From NCBI GenBank assembly GCA_035502035.1, contig DATJUZ010000049.1, forward strand, positions 5,475-69,474: a DNA stretch of 64,000 bases. The letters are read 5' to 3'. The notes under the pieces are model-generated. The model was given only the letters and a program-made list of their open reading frames with translations, was not told the origin of the DNA and ran no database searches. The position numbers and the translations under genes are program-made. The stretch is from Thermoplasmata archaeon. GTDB lineage: Archaea; Thermoplasmatota; Thermoplasmata; Lutacidiplasmatales; UBA184. Below, piece by piece: positions 1 through 7,956 of this stretch; the stretch's first letter is position 1; each line of letters starts with the position of its first letter.

Positions 1-2
1 GG

Positions 3-440
3 TACGACCCGGCGGTCGGCGCGTTCACCCAGACGTTCGGAGGATCGGCGCTGGACGCGAGCGCGCTGAGGGTCCCGCTGGTCGGTTTCCTGCCGCCGGA
101 CGACCCGCGGGTGCTGAGCACGGTCGACGCGGTCCAGCGCCAGCTGGCGGAGGGGCCGTTCGTCTACCGCTACCGGGAGCGGGACGGACTGGACGGACCG
201 GAGGGCTCGTTCCTCCTCTGCTCGTTCTGGCTCGTCGAGTGCCTCGCCAAGAGCGGCAAGATCGACCGGGCGAAGGCGAACTGGCACGCGCTCCTCGAGA
301 CCGCGGGCCCGCTCCTGCTGTTCTCCGAGCAGTACGACCCCCGCGCCGGCCTCGCGCTCGGGAACTACCCGCAGGCGTTCACCCACATCGGTCTGCTCCG
401 GGCCGCGCTCGCGCTCGGCCTTGTCGCCTCCGACGAGTGA
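3..440 (+). CDS. Glycoside hydrolase family 15 (glucoamylase/trehalase-like), 5'-truncated by the window edge
   Basis: The frame is open from position 3: YDPAVGAFTQTFGGSALDAS...DDPRV...EGSFLLCSFWLVE...LFSEQYDP...GNYPQAFTHIGL, a typical GH15 C-terminus. Confidence 0.9.
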   Translation, partial: YDPAVGAFTQTFGGSALDASALRVPLVGFLPPDDPRVLSTVDAVQRQLAEGPFVYRYRERDGLDGPEGSFLLCSFWLVECLAKSGKIDRAKANWHALLETAGPLLLFSEQYDPRAGLALGNYPQAFTHIGLLRAALALGLVASDE

Positions 441-552
441 TCGGCGACCGCGGCGTCGTCCGGCGGCCTTGGACGCGGGAGACGTCGTCCCGGCCCTAGC
501 GGCGGACGAGGCAGGGCGGCCGGGGGGCCGGAACGGCGGGGAAGGCCCCGCG

Positions 553-1620
553 TCAGTCGGCCGCCGCCTCGATCTGGAGGAGGGGGCTCGTCGGAGCGTG
601 GGCCGAGCTGCGGGGCGTCCGACGAAGGTAGTTGACGGACGCCTCAAAGACCCGATCCCGCACGCTGGCGAGGTCGGTCCATCGGAACAGCGACGGCTCG
701 AGGTAGCAGGCGAGCGCGCACTTGTTGCAGGACTCGTACGGAGCCCAGTCGAACGAGTTCCACAGCGTGCGGACGTCGACGTCCCAGACCGGCATCGACC
801 CTTGGTACTCCTGCAGGACGTAGCACGGCAGCACGATGCGGCCGGACGGGTCGATGTTGATCGTCAGCCAGGGCTTGCAGCGCCACGGGGTCCCGCCGTA
901 CCAGGATCCGAGGATCGCGTCGAAGTACTCGACCGACTCGAGGAGCGGCGCGCCGCTCTTGCGCAGATCGCGGAGCCGCTCGATCACGGGCCGGAGCTGC
1001 TCGCGCTCCGGCGACATCGCGTCGGCGGTGCGGTAGTCGTAGGCGATCTGGACCGTGAGCCCGACCCCGAGGCGCTCGGCGAGCTCGACGACCATCTCGG
1101 CCTGGTCGACGTTCTCCCGCGTCACCGTGTGGCTGATGATCGTCGGGACGTCGGAGCGCGAGGCCTTCATGCCACGGACGGCGCGCTCGAACGACCGGGG
1201 GATGCCGCGCAGCCGGTCGTGACGCTCGCCGATGCCGTCCAGGGACACGAACAGCAGGTCGAGGTGCGGCGCGATCTCGGAGAGCCTCTGCTCGAGGAGC
1301 CAGCCGTTGGTCACGAGCGAGGTGTGGAACCGGGCGTGCGCCTCCCGGAGGATCGGACCGACGTCGCGTCGCAGCAGCGGTTCGCCTCCCTCGAAGCCGA
1401 GGAACGAGACCCCCGCCCGGGCGAGCGCCTCCATCAGGCGGACCTCCTCCGCAAGGCCGAGGAGGGGCTCGTCCTCGCGCCGCCAGAACGGGCACATCTT
1501 GCACTCGAGGTTGCAACGATAGAGGAGCTTGTGGCCCGCGATCACGGGGCTCCGCTCCCCCGCGAGGTTGCGCAGGGCGCGCTGCAGGCTCCGCAGGACG
1601 ACGGGCTTGACTACGGCCAT
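553..1620 (-). CDS. Radical SAM protein (archaeal PTO1314-like, with C-terminal SPASM/twitch-type Cys motifs)
   Basis: CxxxCxxC (CNLECKMC), GGEPLLR and TNG motifs. C-terminal CKPW...PC and CNKCALAC. ATG at 1620 chosen as start. Confidence 0.85.
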   Translation of the reverse strand: MAVVKPVVLRSLQRALRNLAGERSPVIAGHKLLYRCNLECKMCPFWRREDEPLLGLAEEVRLMEALARAGVSFLGFEGGEPLLRRDVGPILREAHARFHTSLVTNGWLLEQRLSEIAPHLDLLFVSLDGIGERHDRLRGIPRSFERAVRGMKASRSDVPTIISHTVTRENVDQAEMVVELAERLGVGLTVQIAYDYRTADAMSPEREQLRPVIERLRDLRKSGAPLLESVEYFDAILGSWYGGTPWRCKPWLTINIDPSGRIVLPCYVLQEYQGSMPVWDVDVRTLWNSFDWAPYESCNKCALACYLEPSLFRWTDLASVRDRVFEASVNYLRRTPRSSAHAPTSPLLQIEAAAD

Positions 1621-2087
1621 CGCACCCCGCCCGGGGAGGGTCGATCGCGTCGGCATCGACGGGGGGCCCGTCCGGCGAACGCGGGCGCTCGACGGTCCCC
1701 GGGACCGGGCGCCTCGAGCATCTCAGGCCGGGCTCCCCGAGGGAACGGGCGCCCCGAACCGCCGTGCCGGGGGGATGCGGGAGGACGCGAGGACCACCGC
1801 CCCCGAACCGGTTCCGTACGGCGAGAGCGAGCAGCGAACGGCCCCTCGGTGGGCGAGCGACATGAACGCCCCGGGAAAGAAAGGCCCGTGAGGTATTGAG
1901 CCCTCCTAGCGGGGTTCCTTCACGACGCGGCAGAGGACCGCAGCACCGGCTCGGCCGGGCACGACCCGCATCCGCAAGGGGCGCACCGGCGGCCCCCACG
2001 CTGCCGGACCCTGGCGCGCGCGGAAACCCAGCTGCCTGCGGCCGGTCGCTTCGGTCTCCGGGAACGACGGTCGGGTTCCGGGGGACC

Positions 2088-4220
2088 CTAGGTCGCGCTC
2101 GTCGCTGCGCCGGCCATCGGGAGCGGAACCGCGCCCTCGGGGGGTCCGGTCCGTGCCACCGCGAGGTGCGGGCGTCCGGCAGGGGCGATCGTCCCGCCGA
2201 CCCCGGTCCTCCGGGGCCGGGTCTCGGGGAGGCCGAGGAGCCGCCGGACGGTGTGCCGGATGTCGGAGATGTAGAGGTTGTCGTAGGGACAGTCTTCGAC
2301 GCAGTCGCCGACCCCGCAGCACTTCGTGCTGCGGAACTCGCCCTTCTGGCGGAAGTGGCCGGGCATGTCGACCAGCCCGACGGGGCACCCCTTCGCGCAG
2401 TCCAGGGTCGGGCAGTCGCGGCAGACCTGCTTGTCGCGGACCTTCAGCTTGAACGTCCCGATCTTCTGGAACGCCTGGGCGATGACGCCGGTGTAGCACC
2501 AGCCCATCGTGACGCAGTTGTAGTTCCCCGCGTAGGGGATCGCGACGAACAGGACGTACCAGGCGATCGAGAACGAAGCGACGAAGAAGAACACCGACGG
2601 GTCGGTGCCCTGGACGTAGAGGTGGAGCGTGCCGACCGAGTCGAGGTACGAAAGCACGGAGGTCCCGACGAGCCCCGTCATCACGAGGCCGATCGTCAGG
2701 GAGTAGGCCGCCGAGAACCGGCTCGAGAGGTACTTCCGCGCGACCGGGCTCGAACGGTTGAACGACTTCATCGCGTCGATCGCCGTCCCCTGGTACATCA
2801 ACGGGGCCGTGCAGAACACCGAGCAGACCACGCGGCGGCCGAAGAGCGCGGTCAGGACCCCGGTGAGCAGGTAGGTGGCGATCACCACCCCGAAGACTCC
2901 GGCGGCGAGCGGGTAGGAGCCGATCCCCATCGGCCAGCCCAGCACCGCGACCGTGCTCGGATCGGGGGCGGACGGGAACACCAGGGCGAAGTAGATGCTC
3001 GGGTAGAACACCGCGAAGGCGGCGTAGCACCCCATCATGAGGAGGAGACGGATCCGGTTCTCGAGGTTCCGGGTCTCCCGGAATTTGAAGGCGACCAGGG
3101 CACCCATCTCGAGGCCCATCATGATGAGGAACCACGAGGAGGCGGCGGCGGTGGCGAAGAACCAGAAGCCGTTCGACAGCGCGTTCAGGACGACGATGCC
3201 GGGGGCCCCGGCGAGCGGCAGGAACGGGAAGGCGCCGACGTAGTCGGCGGGGTCGAGCTGGACGCTCAGGACGGCGCCCATGCAGACCTCGGCCACGAAG
3301 ACGCCGGAGAGCAGCGCGAACGTCCAGGCTGGCCGGAGCTGCCACGGCGTCGTGGGGACCTCGTCGAACGACGACGGCCGGGCGAGCGCGACGTAGACGA
3401 CGACCATCTCGAGCACGATCGAGACCGCGAACGTCGTCGCGTCGCCGAAGTAGAGCCAGACGAACAGCCCGGCCATCATGAGCCCGAAGACGCTGACGAG
3501 CTCGACCAGGTACGCCCCGTAGCCGGCGGAGAACTGGCGGTGGCGGTAGAGGTACTCGAACAGGTAGACGAACAGCCCGATCATCAGGGCGCTCGAGACG
3601 TAGATCGCGAGCGCGGACCAGGTCGGCCCCCCGAGCGCGGGGGGAGAGAACAGCATGATCGCCGCCTGCACGAGGACGACGGCGAGGAGGGCGCGGGGAA
3701 GGCGGGAGCGCAGCAGGAGGGCCGTCAGGAACATCTCTGCCGCCATCGTGAAGATGAACCAGGGGGAGTCGACGCCCGAGACGAACACCCCGAGCCCGCC
3801 GCCGGCGATCGCCGCCCCGCCGGACGCGAGCTGGAGTCCCCAGCTCATGAGAAACTCGTTCACGAGGACCAGCGCCGCGATGAGGGAGACGGTGCCGAGC
3901 CCCAGGCGGACCGGCCCCTCCGCCGTCCGGGTCGCGGGGGCCCCCCGGCGGCGCGCCCTTGCGAGCGCCGCCAGCAGGGGCGCGAGCGACACCATCATGA
4001 GCAGACCGCTGACCGAAAGTCCGGTGACGAGTCCGGCCCCGGTCGGGTCGTCCCAGTAGATCACGGGCGCAACCCACATCTCGCCCATCATCGCGAGAAG
4101 GTAGAGACCGACCCAGCCGATGACGCGGCTCCGCGCCTCGACGATCGTCCAGAACAGCACCGCGGTCGCGATCGCCATCGCTCCCGCCACGACGCCGAAC
4201 ACGACCTCGGCTCCCAACAT
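2088..4220 (-). CDS. Polytopic membrane protein with C-terminal 4Fe-4S binding domains (NapH/MauN/CcoG-like)
   Basis: Many hydrophobic helices. FGRRVVCSVFC and NCVTMGWC motifs, plus ferredoxin-like CRDCPTLDCAKGCP and CCGVGDCVEDCP. Confidence 0.85.
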   Translation of the reverse strand: MLGAEVVFGVVAGAMAIATAVLFWTIVEARSRVIGWVGLYLLAMMGEMWVAPVIYWDDPTGAGLVTGLSVSGLLMMVSLAPLLAALARARRRGAPATRTAEGPVRLGLGTVSLIAALVLVNEFLMSWGLQLASGGAAIAGGGLGVFVSGVDSPWFIFTMAAEMFLTALLLRSRLPRALLAVVLVQAAIMLFSPPALGGPTWSALAIYVSSALMIGLFVYLFEYLYRHRQFSAGYGAYLVELVSVFGLMMAGLFVWLYFGDATTFAVSIVLEMVVVYVALARPSSFDEVPTTPWQLRPAWTFALLSGVFVAEVCMGAVLSVQLDPADYVGAFPFLPLAGAPGIVVLNALSNGFWFFATAAASSWFLIMMGLEMGALVAFKFRETRNLENRIRLLLMMGCYAAFAVFYPSIYFALVFPSAPDPSTVAVLGWPMGIGSYPLAAGVFGVVIATYLLTGVLTALFGRRVVCSVFCTAPLMYQGTAIDAMKSFNRSSPVARKYLSSRFSAAYSLTIGLVMTGLVGTSVLSYLDSVGTLHLYVQGTDPSVFFFVASFSIAWYVLFVAIPYAGNYNCVTMGWCYTGVIAQAFQKIGTFKLKVRDKQVCRDCPTLDCAKGCPVGLVDMPGHFRQKGEFRSTKCCGVGDCVEDCPYDNLYISDIRHTVRRLLGLPETRPRRTGVGGTIAPAGRPHLAVARTGPPEGAVPLPMAGAATSAT

Positions 4221-4341
4221 CGTCCCTCCCGACCGGCGGTGCGCGCGGTGCTCCCACCGACGCCCCTTGCTTAAGGGCCCCGTACTTACTACAGGTCACG
4301 TTGGTAGGCGTTCGACCTCACCGGGGGGCATCGGCCCGCCC

Positions 4342-5286
4342 TCACCGGGGGCCCGGAACGCCCCCCGCCGGCCCCCTCTCCTGGGGCGACCGCCCTGCCA
4401 GCGGCACCGGCCGGAAGTGCCCGGGGTCGGTGACCGCGAAGAGGAAGACCGCCATCTGAAGGACCAGGGCCAGGGCGAAGATGTCCAGGCCGCCGTGGTC
4501 CACCCAGAGCACGAGCCCCCCCGCCATCGCTCCGAGCGATGCGAGGAGCGCCGCGAGGTACGTCCCCACGGCTCCCGCCGCCTCCTCGACCCGCATCGCG
4601 TCGCGGAGCACCAGGCCAACGACCAGCGCCATCAGCCCGCTGGCGACCACGGCGGTCCCCACGACCCAGGCGGCCCCGACGAGCGTCGGCGGCGAGCAGA
4701 CCATGATCACGGGCTGGACCCAGAGATAGGGGAGCATCCGCCGGGGCAGCGCCGCTCCGAGCCACCGGACCGTGAGCACCATCTCGAGGGCCATCGGAAA
4801 GACGAACCACGGTGAGGTCACCGCGAAGTCGAGGAGGCGCGCCACGTCGTCGCCGCGGGAGCCGAGCCCCGGGGCGAGTTGACCCGACAGCAGGCTGAAC
4901 GACCAGCCCATCAGGAGCTCGTTCAGGATCACGAGCCCGACCACGGAGACGACGAATCCCCGGCGGGCGACCGCGGCCGCCGGACCTCCCCCGCCGACGG
5001 GACCGGCGCGGAGCTGCCGAAAGAACCCTACGAAGACGAGCAGCACGCTGGCCGACATCACCGCCGACGCGACCCAGAGACCCTCGACGACCCCCCGGCC
5101 CCCCCCGACCGCGTAGTACACGAGGACGCCGAGGAACATCCCGGCCATCATCAGCAGCAGGAACTGGACCACGCTGGCCCGCAGCGGGCTCTCGGCGAAC
5201 GCAGCCCACTTGACCGCGACCGAGCTGATGAGCGTCATGCCGGTCGCCAGTCCGGCGAGGACCGCGATCACCCCGAGGTCCGTCAT
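4342..5286 (-). CDS. Polytopic membrane protein, paralog of the N-terminal half of the adjacent 4Fe-4S membrane protein
   Basis: Shares LLLMMAGM, NELLMGW, SPWFVFPMALEM and QPVIMVCSPP motifs with 2088..4220. Start is ATG 5286 (GTG 5373 is an alternative). Confidence 0.75.
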   Translation of the reverse strand: MTDLGVIAVLAGLATGMTLISSVAVKWAAFAESPLRASVVQFLLLMMAGMFLGVLVYYAVGGGRGVVEGLWVASAVMSASVLLVFVGFFRQLRAGPVGGGGPAAAVARRGFVVSVVGLVILNELLMGWSFSLLSGQLAPGLGSRGDDVARLLDFAVTSPWFVFPMALEMVLTVRWLGAALPRRMLPYLWVQPVIMVCSPPTLVGAAWVVGTAVVASGLMALVVGLVLRDAMRVEEAAGAVGTYLAALLASLGAMAGGLVLWVDHGGLDIFALALVLQMAVFLFAVTDPGHFRPVPLAGRSPQERGPAGGVPGPR

Positions 5287-5741
5287 CGTACCGTCCGCGA
5301 GATCGTCCCGGGTCCCCGCCGCTGCTCGCCGTGGTGCGGCCGGGGCACCCGGCCCCGCGGATTTCCCTGCCACGCAAGACGTTCCGGGTCCCCCCGGGGG
5401 TCAGGCAGGGTCCGCCCGGTCCGGCGTAACGCCCCCGGCCGAAGGTCGCCCTCGGACCCGGACGCTCGCCCCCTCCTGCCCCCACCGGGGCGAGCACCCG
5501 CCCGGGGCCGGTCCCTTACGGCCGCGTCGATGTCCGAGGACCGCCGTTCCGCCCTTGCCCGAACGGCGGACCCCCCCGGGTCGAGCCGACCGCCGCGGTG
5601 CTGGCCTTCCCCTCGCGCCGCCCCGGACCCTGCGCCGAGAGGAGCCTCGGCGCAGGAGCCCCCTCCGCGGCCCGGGCCGGGACCCTGGAGCCGTCCGGTC
5701 GAAAGCGAAGATGACTTGAGGGGGTTCGCCGATTCCGGTCC

Positions 5742-7724
5742 GTGGCGGCGCGGCTGCTTCTGGTGATCTCCGCCCTTGCCCTCCTCGTGCTGAGTACGAG
5801 CGCCGGCGGCCTCCTCCGAGGGGCGACCTCGCTCGGCGACGCTGCCGTCCGGGCCCCGTTGTCCGCAGCGGCGCCGTCCGCAGGGGTCGTCCCGACGGGC
5901 GGTACGACCCCGCTGAGCCTGTCCCCGATCAGCGTCAGCACGGCCCCGGCCGGCTTGCTGATCGACACGACCAACGGCACGGCGTTCGTCGAGTCCGAGT
6001 ACGGCAACAACCTGACCGCGATCTCGCTCGCCACGGGCGAGACCACGGCGGTGATCCAGCTCGGCGACGAGCCGTATCCCCAGGCGCTCGCGCTCGACCC
6101 GACGAACTGGACGGTCTGGGTGGCGAACTCCGGCTCGGGCAACGTCAGCGATGTCTCGATCGGCGGCGGCTACGTCCTCGCGTCCGTCCCCGTCGGCGCC
6201 TCGCCGGATGCGGTCCTCGTGAACCCTTCCAACAAGGAGGTCTACGTCGCGAACGGCGGTTCGAGCTCGGTCAGCATCATCTCGCCGAGCACCGCGATCC
6301 CGACGGTCGTCTCGACGGTCCCGGTCGGGCCCGATCCGGACGGCCTGGCGGTCGACACGTCGAACCACGACGTCTTCGTCGCGGACGCGGGCGCGAACAA
6401 CGTCACGGTGATCTCGGGCAAGACGAACGCGGTCGCGCGGACGGTGCCCGTCGGCATCGAGCCGGGCGGCTACGGGGCGATGGTCTACGACCCGGCGACC
6501 GGGGACATCTACGTCGTCAACACCGCCTCCGACAACGTCAGCATCATCGGCGGGACCAACCTGACCGACTTCGCCTCCGTGACGGTCGGATCCGGCCCGG
6601 ACGCCATCGCGCTCGACAGCGCGACCGGCGACCTGTTCGTCGCGAACCGCTTCTCCGACAACGTCACGGTGATCGTCGCCAAGAACGGGACGGTCGCCGG
6701 TTCGATCCCGGTCGGCAGCCAGCCGGGCCTGCAGAACGGGATCGCGATCAACGCCAAGGCCGGGCTCGTCTACGTCGCGAACTCCGGCTCCGCCAACGTG
6801 AGCGTGCTCTCGGCGACGACGCTCCGGGTCGTCGGGACCGTCATGGTCCAGGACCTGCCGGTCGCGGTCGCCGTCGACCCGAACGGCGGCACGGTCTGGG
6901 TCGCGAACGAGGGTTCCTCGACCGTCTCGGTGTTCCTGCTCGCCCAGGCATCGTTCCGCGAGAGCGGGCTGCCGAACGGCGCCAACTGGACGCTCTCCAT
7001 CGGTACCCCTCCGGTCACGGTCACCGACACGGTCGCGAAGGGCAAGGGCCTGGTGTCGCTCTACCTCGCGAACGGCGTCTTCCCCTACAGCGTCGGCCTC
7101 CCCGGCGGCTACGGGTTCTCGAAGGTCACGGGCTCGAACACCCCGAGCCAGCACAGCCTGACCGTCTCGGGGCTCTCGGTGAAGTACAAGCTCACGTTCG
7201 GGCCGATCGAGAACCTCACCTTCGCCGAGAGCGGGCTCCCGTCCGGCGCCCTCTGGTCGGTCAGCCTGCAGCCGGTCGGGTCGAGCGGCGAGCCGGCCGG
7301 TTACAACCTCTCGACGAACAACGCTTCGATGACGTTCCAGGTCGTCAAGGGCGCCTGGCGCTGGGCGCTGACGACCGTCCCCAGTCCCTACGTTTCCAAG
7401 TCCACGCAGGGAAAGCTGCACGTGGGCACCCACGCGCTCACGAAGTCGCTCCGTTTCAAGGAGGTCGTCGCTACGGTCATCTTCGAGGAGGCCGGCCTCC
7501 CGAGCGGGACGTTCTGGCAGGTGAACGTCACGGGGCCGCTCAGCGAGAACCTGTCGTCGACCGGGGCGTCCATCACCTTCTCGCTGCCGAGCGGTACGTA
7601 CTCGTTCGAGGTCTGGAACTTCACCGCCTACAACGCCGAGCCGGTGAGCGGGACGTTCACGATCGTGGCTCCCCACCACCACCCGTACGTCGAGGCGATC
7701 AGCTACCTCTACACGGGCCCGTAG
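5742..7724 (+). CDS. Secreted YncE/YVTN beta-propeller surface protein with three C-terminal F-x-E-S-G-L-P repeats
   Basis: Signal-like N-terminus and about 8 P-x-(A/G)-x-A-x-D...(V/Y)VAN..S..VSVI blades. Thermopsin-C-terminal-type repeats follow. Confidence 0.85.
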   Translation: MAARLLLVISALALLVLSTSAGGLLRGATSLGDAAVRAPLSAAAPSAGVVPTGGTTPLSLSPISVSTAPAGLLIDTTNGTAFVESEYGNNLTAISLATGETTAVIQLGDEPYPQALALDPTNWTVWVANSGSGNVSDVSIGGGYVLASVPVGASPDAVLVNPSNKEVYVANGGSSSVSIISPSTAIPTVVSTVPVGPDPDGLAVDTSNHDVFVADAGANNVTVISGKTNAVARTVPVGIEPGGYGAMVYDPATGDIYVVNTASDNVSIIGGTNLTDFASVTVGSGPDAIALDSATGDLFVANRFSDNVTVIVAKNGTVAGSIPVGSQPGLQNGIAINAKAGLVYVANSGSANVSVLSATTLRVVGTVMVQDLPVAVAVDPNGGTVWVANEGSSTVSVFLLAQASFRESGLPNGANWTLSIGTPPVTVTDTVAKGKGLVSLYLANGVFPYSVGLPGGYGFSKVTGSNTPSQHSLTVSGLSVKYKLTFGPIENLTFAESGLPSGALWSVSLQPVGSSGEPAGYNLSTNNASMTFQVVKGAWRWALTTVPSPYVSKSTQGKLHVGTHALTKSLRFKEVVATVIFEEAGLPSGTFWQVNVTGPLSENLSSTGASITFSLPSGTYSFEVWNFTAYNAEPVSGTFTIVAPHHHPYVEAISYLYTGP

Positions 7725-7956
7725 GGTCGGGCAACCCACGGGTCGTCGCCCATCGGCCGCGCGCGAGCCCCACCTTTAGCTCCGGTGGACCGACGGAGGG
7801 TCTCCCGGTGGGATGGTCGAACGAGCGCCTCGGTCTCGGGCTACGTCCGGGACCCTCGGCCGCGCGACGGCCCGCCCCGGGCCGTCCTCCCCTCGGTGGC
7901 AGTGTCGCCGTTCGCCCCCGGGACCGGACGGTCCCGGGGGTCCGCCAGCGCCCGGC

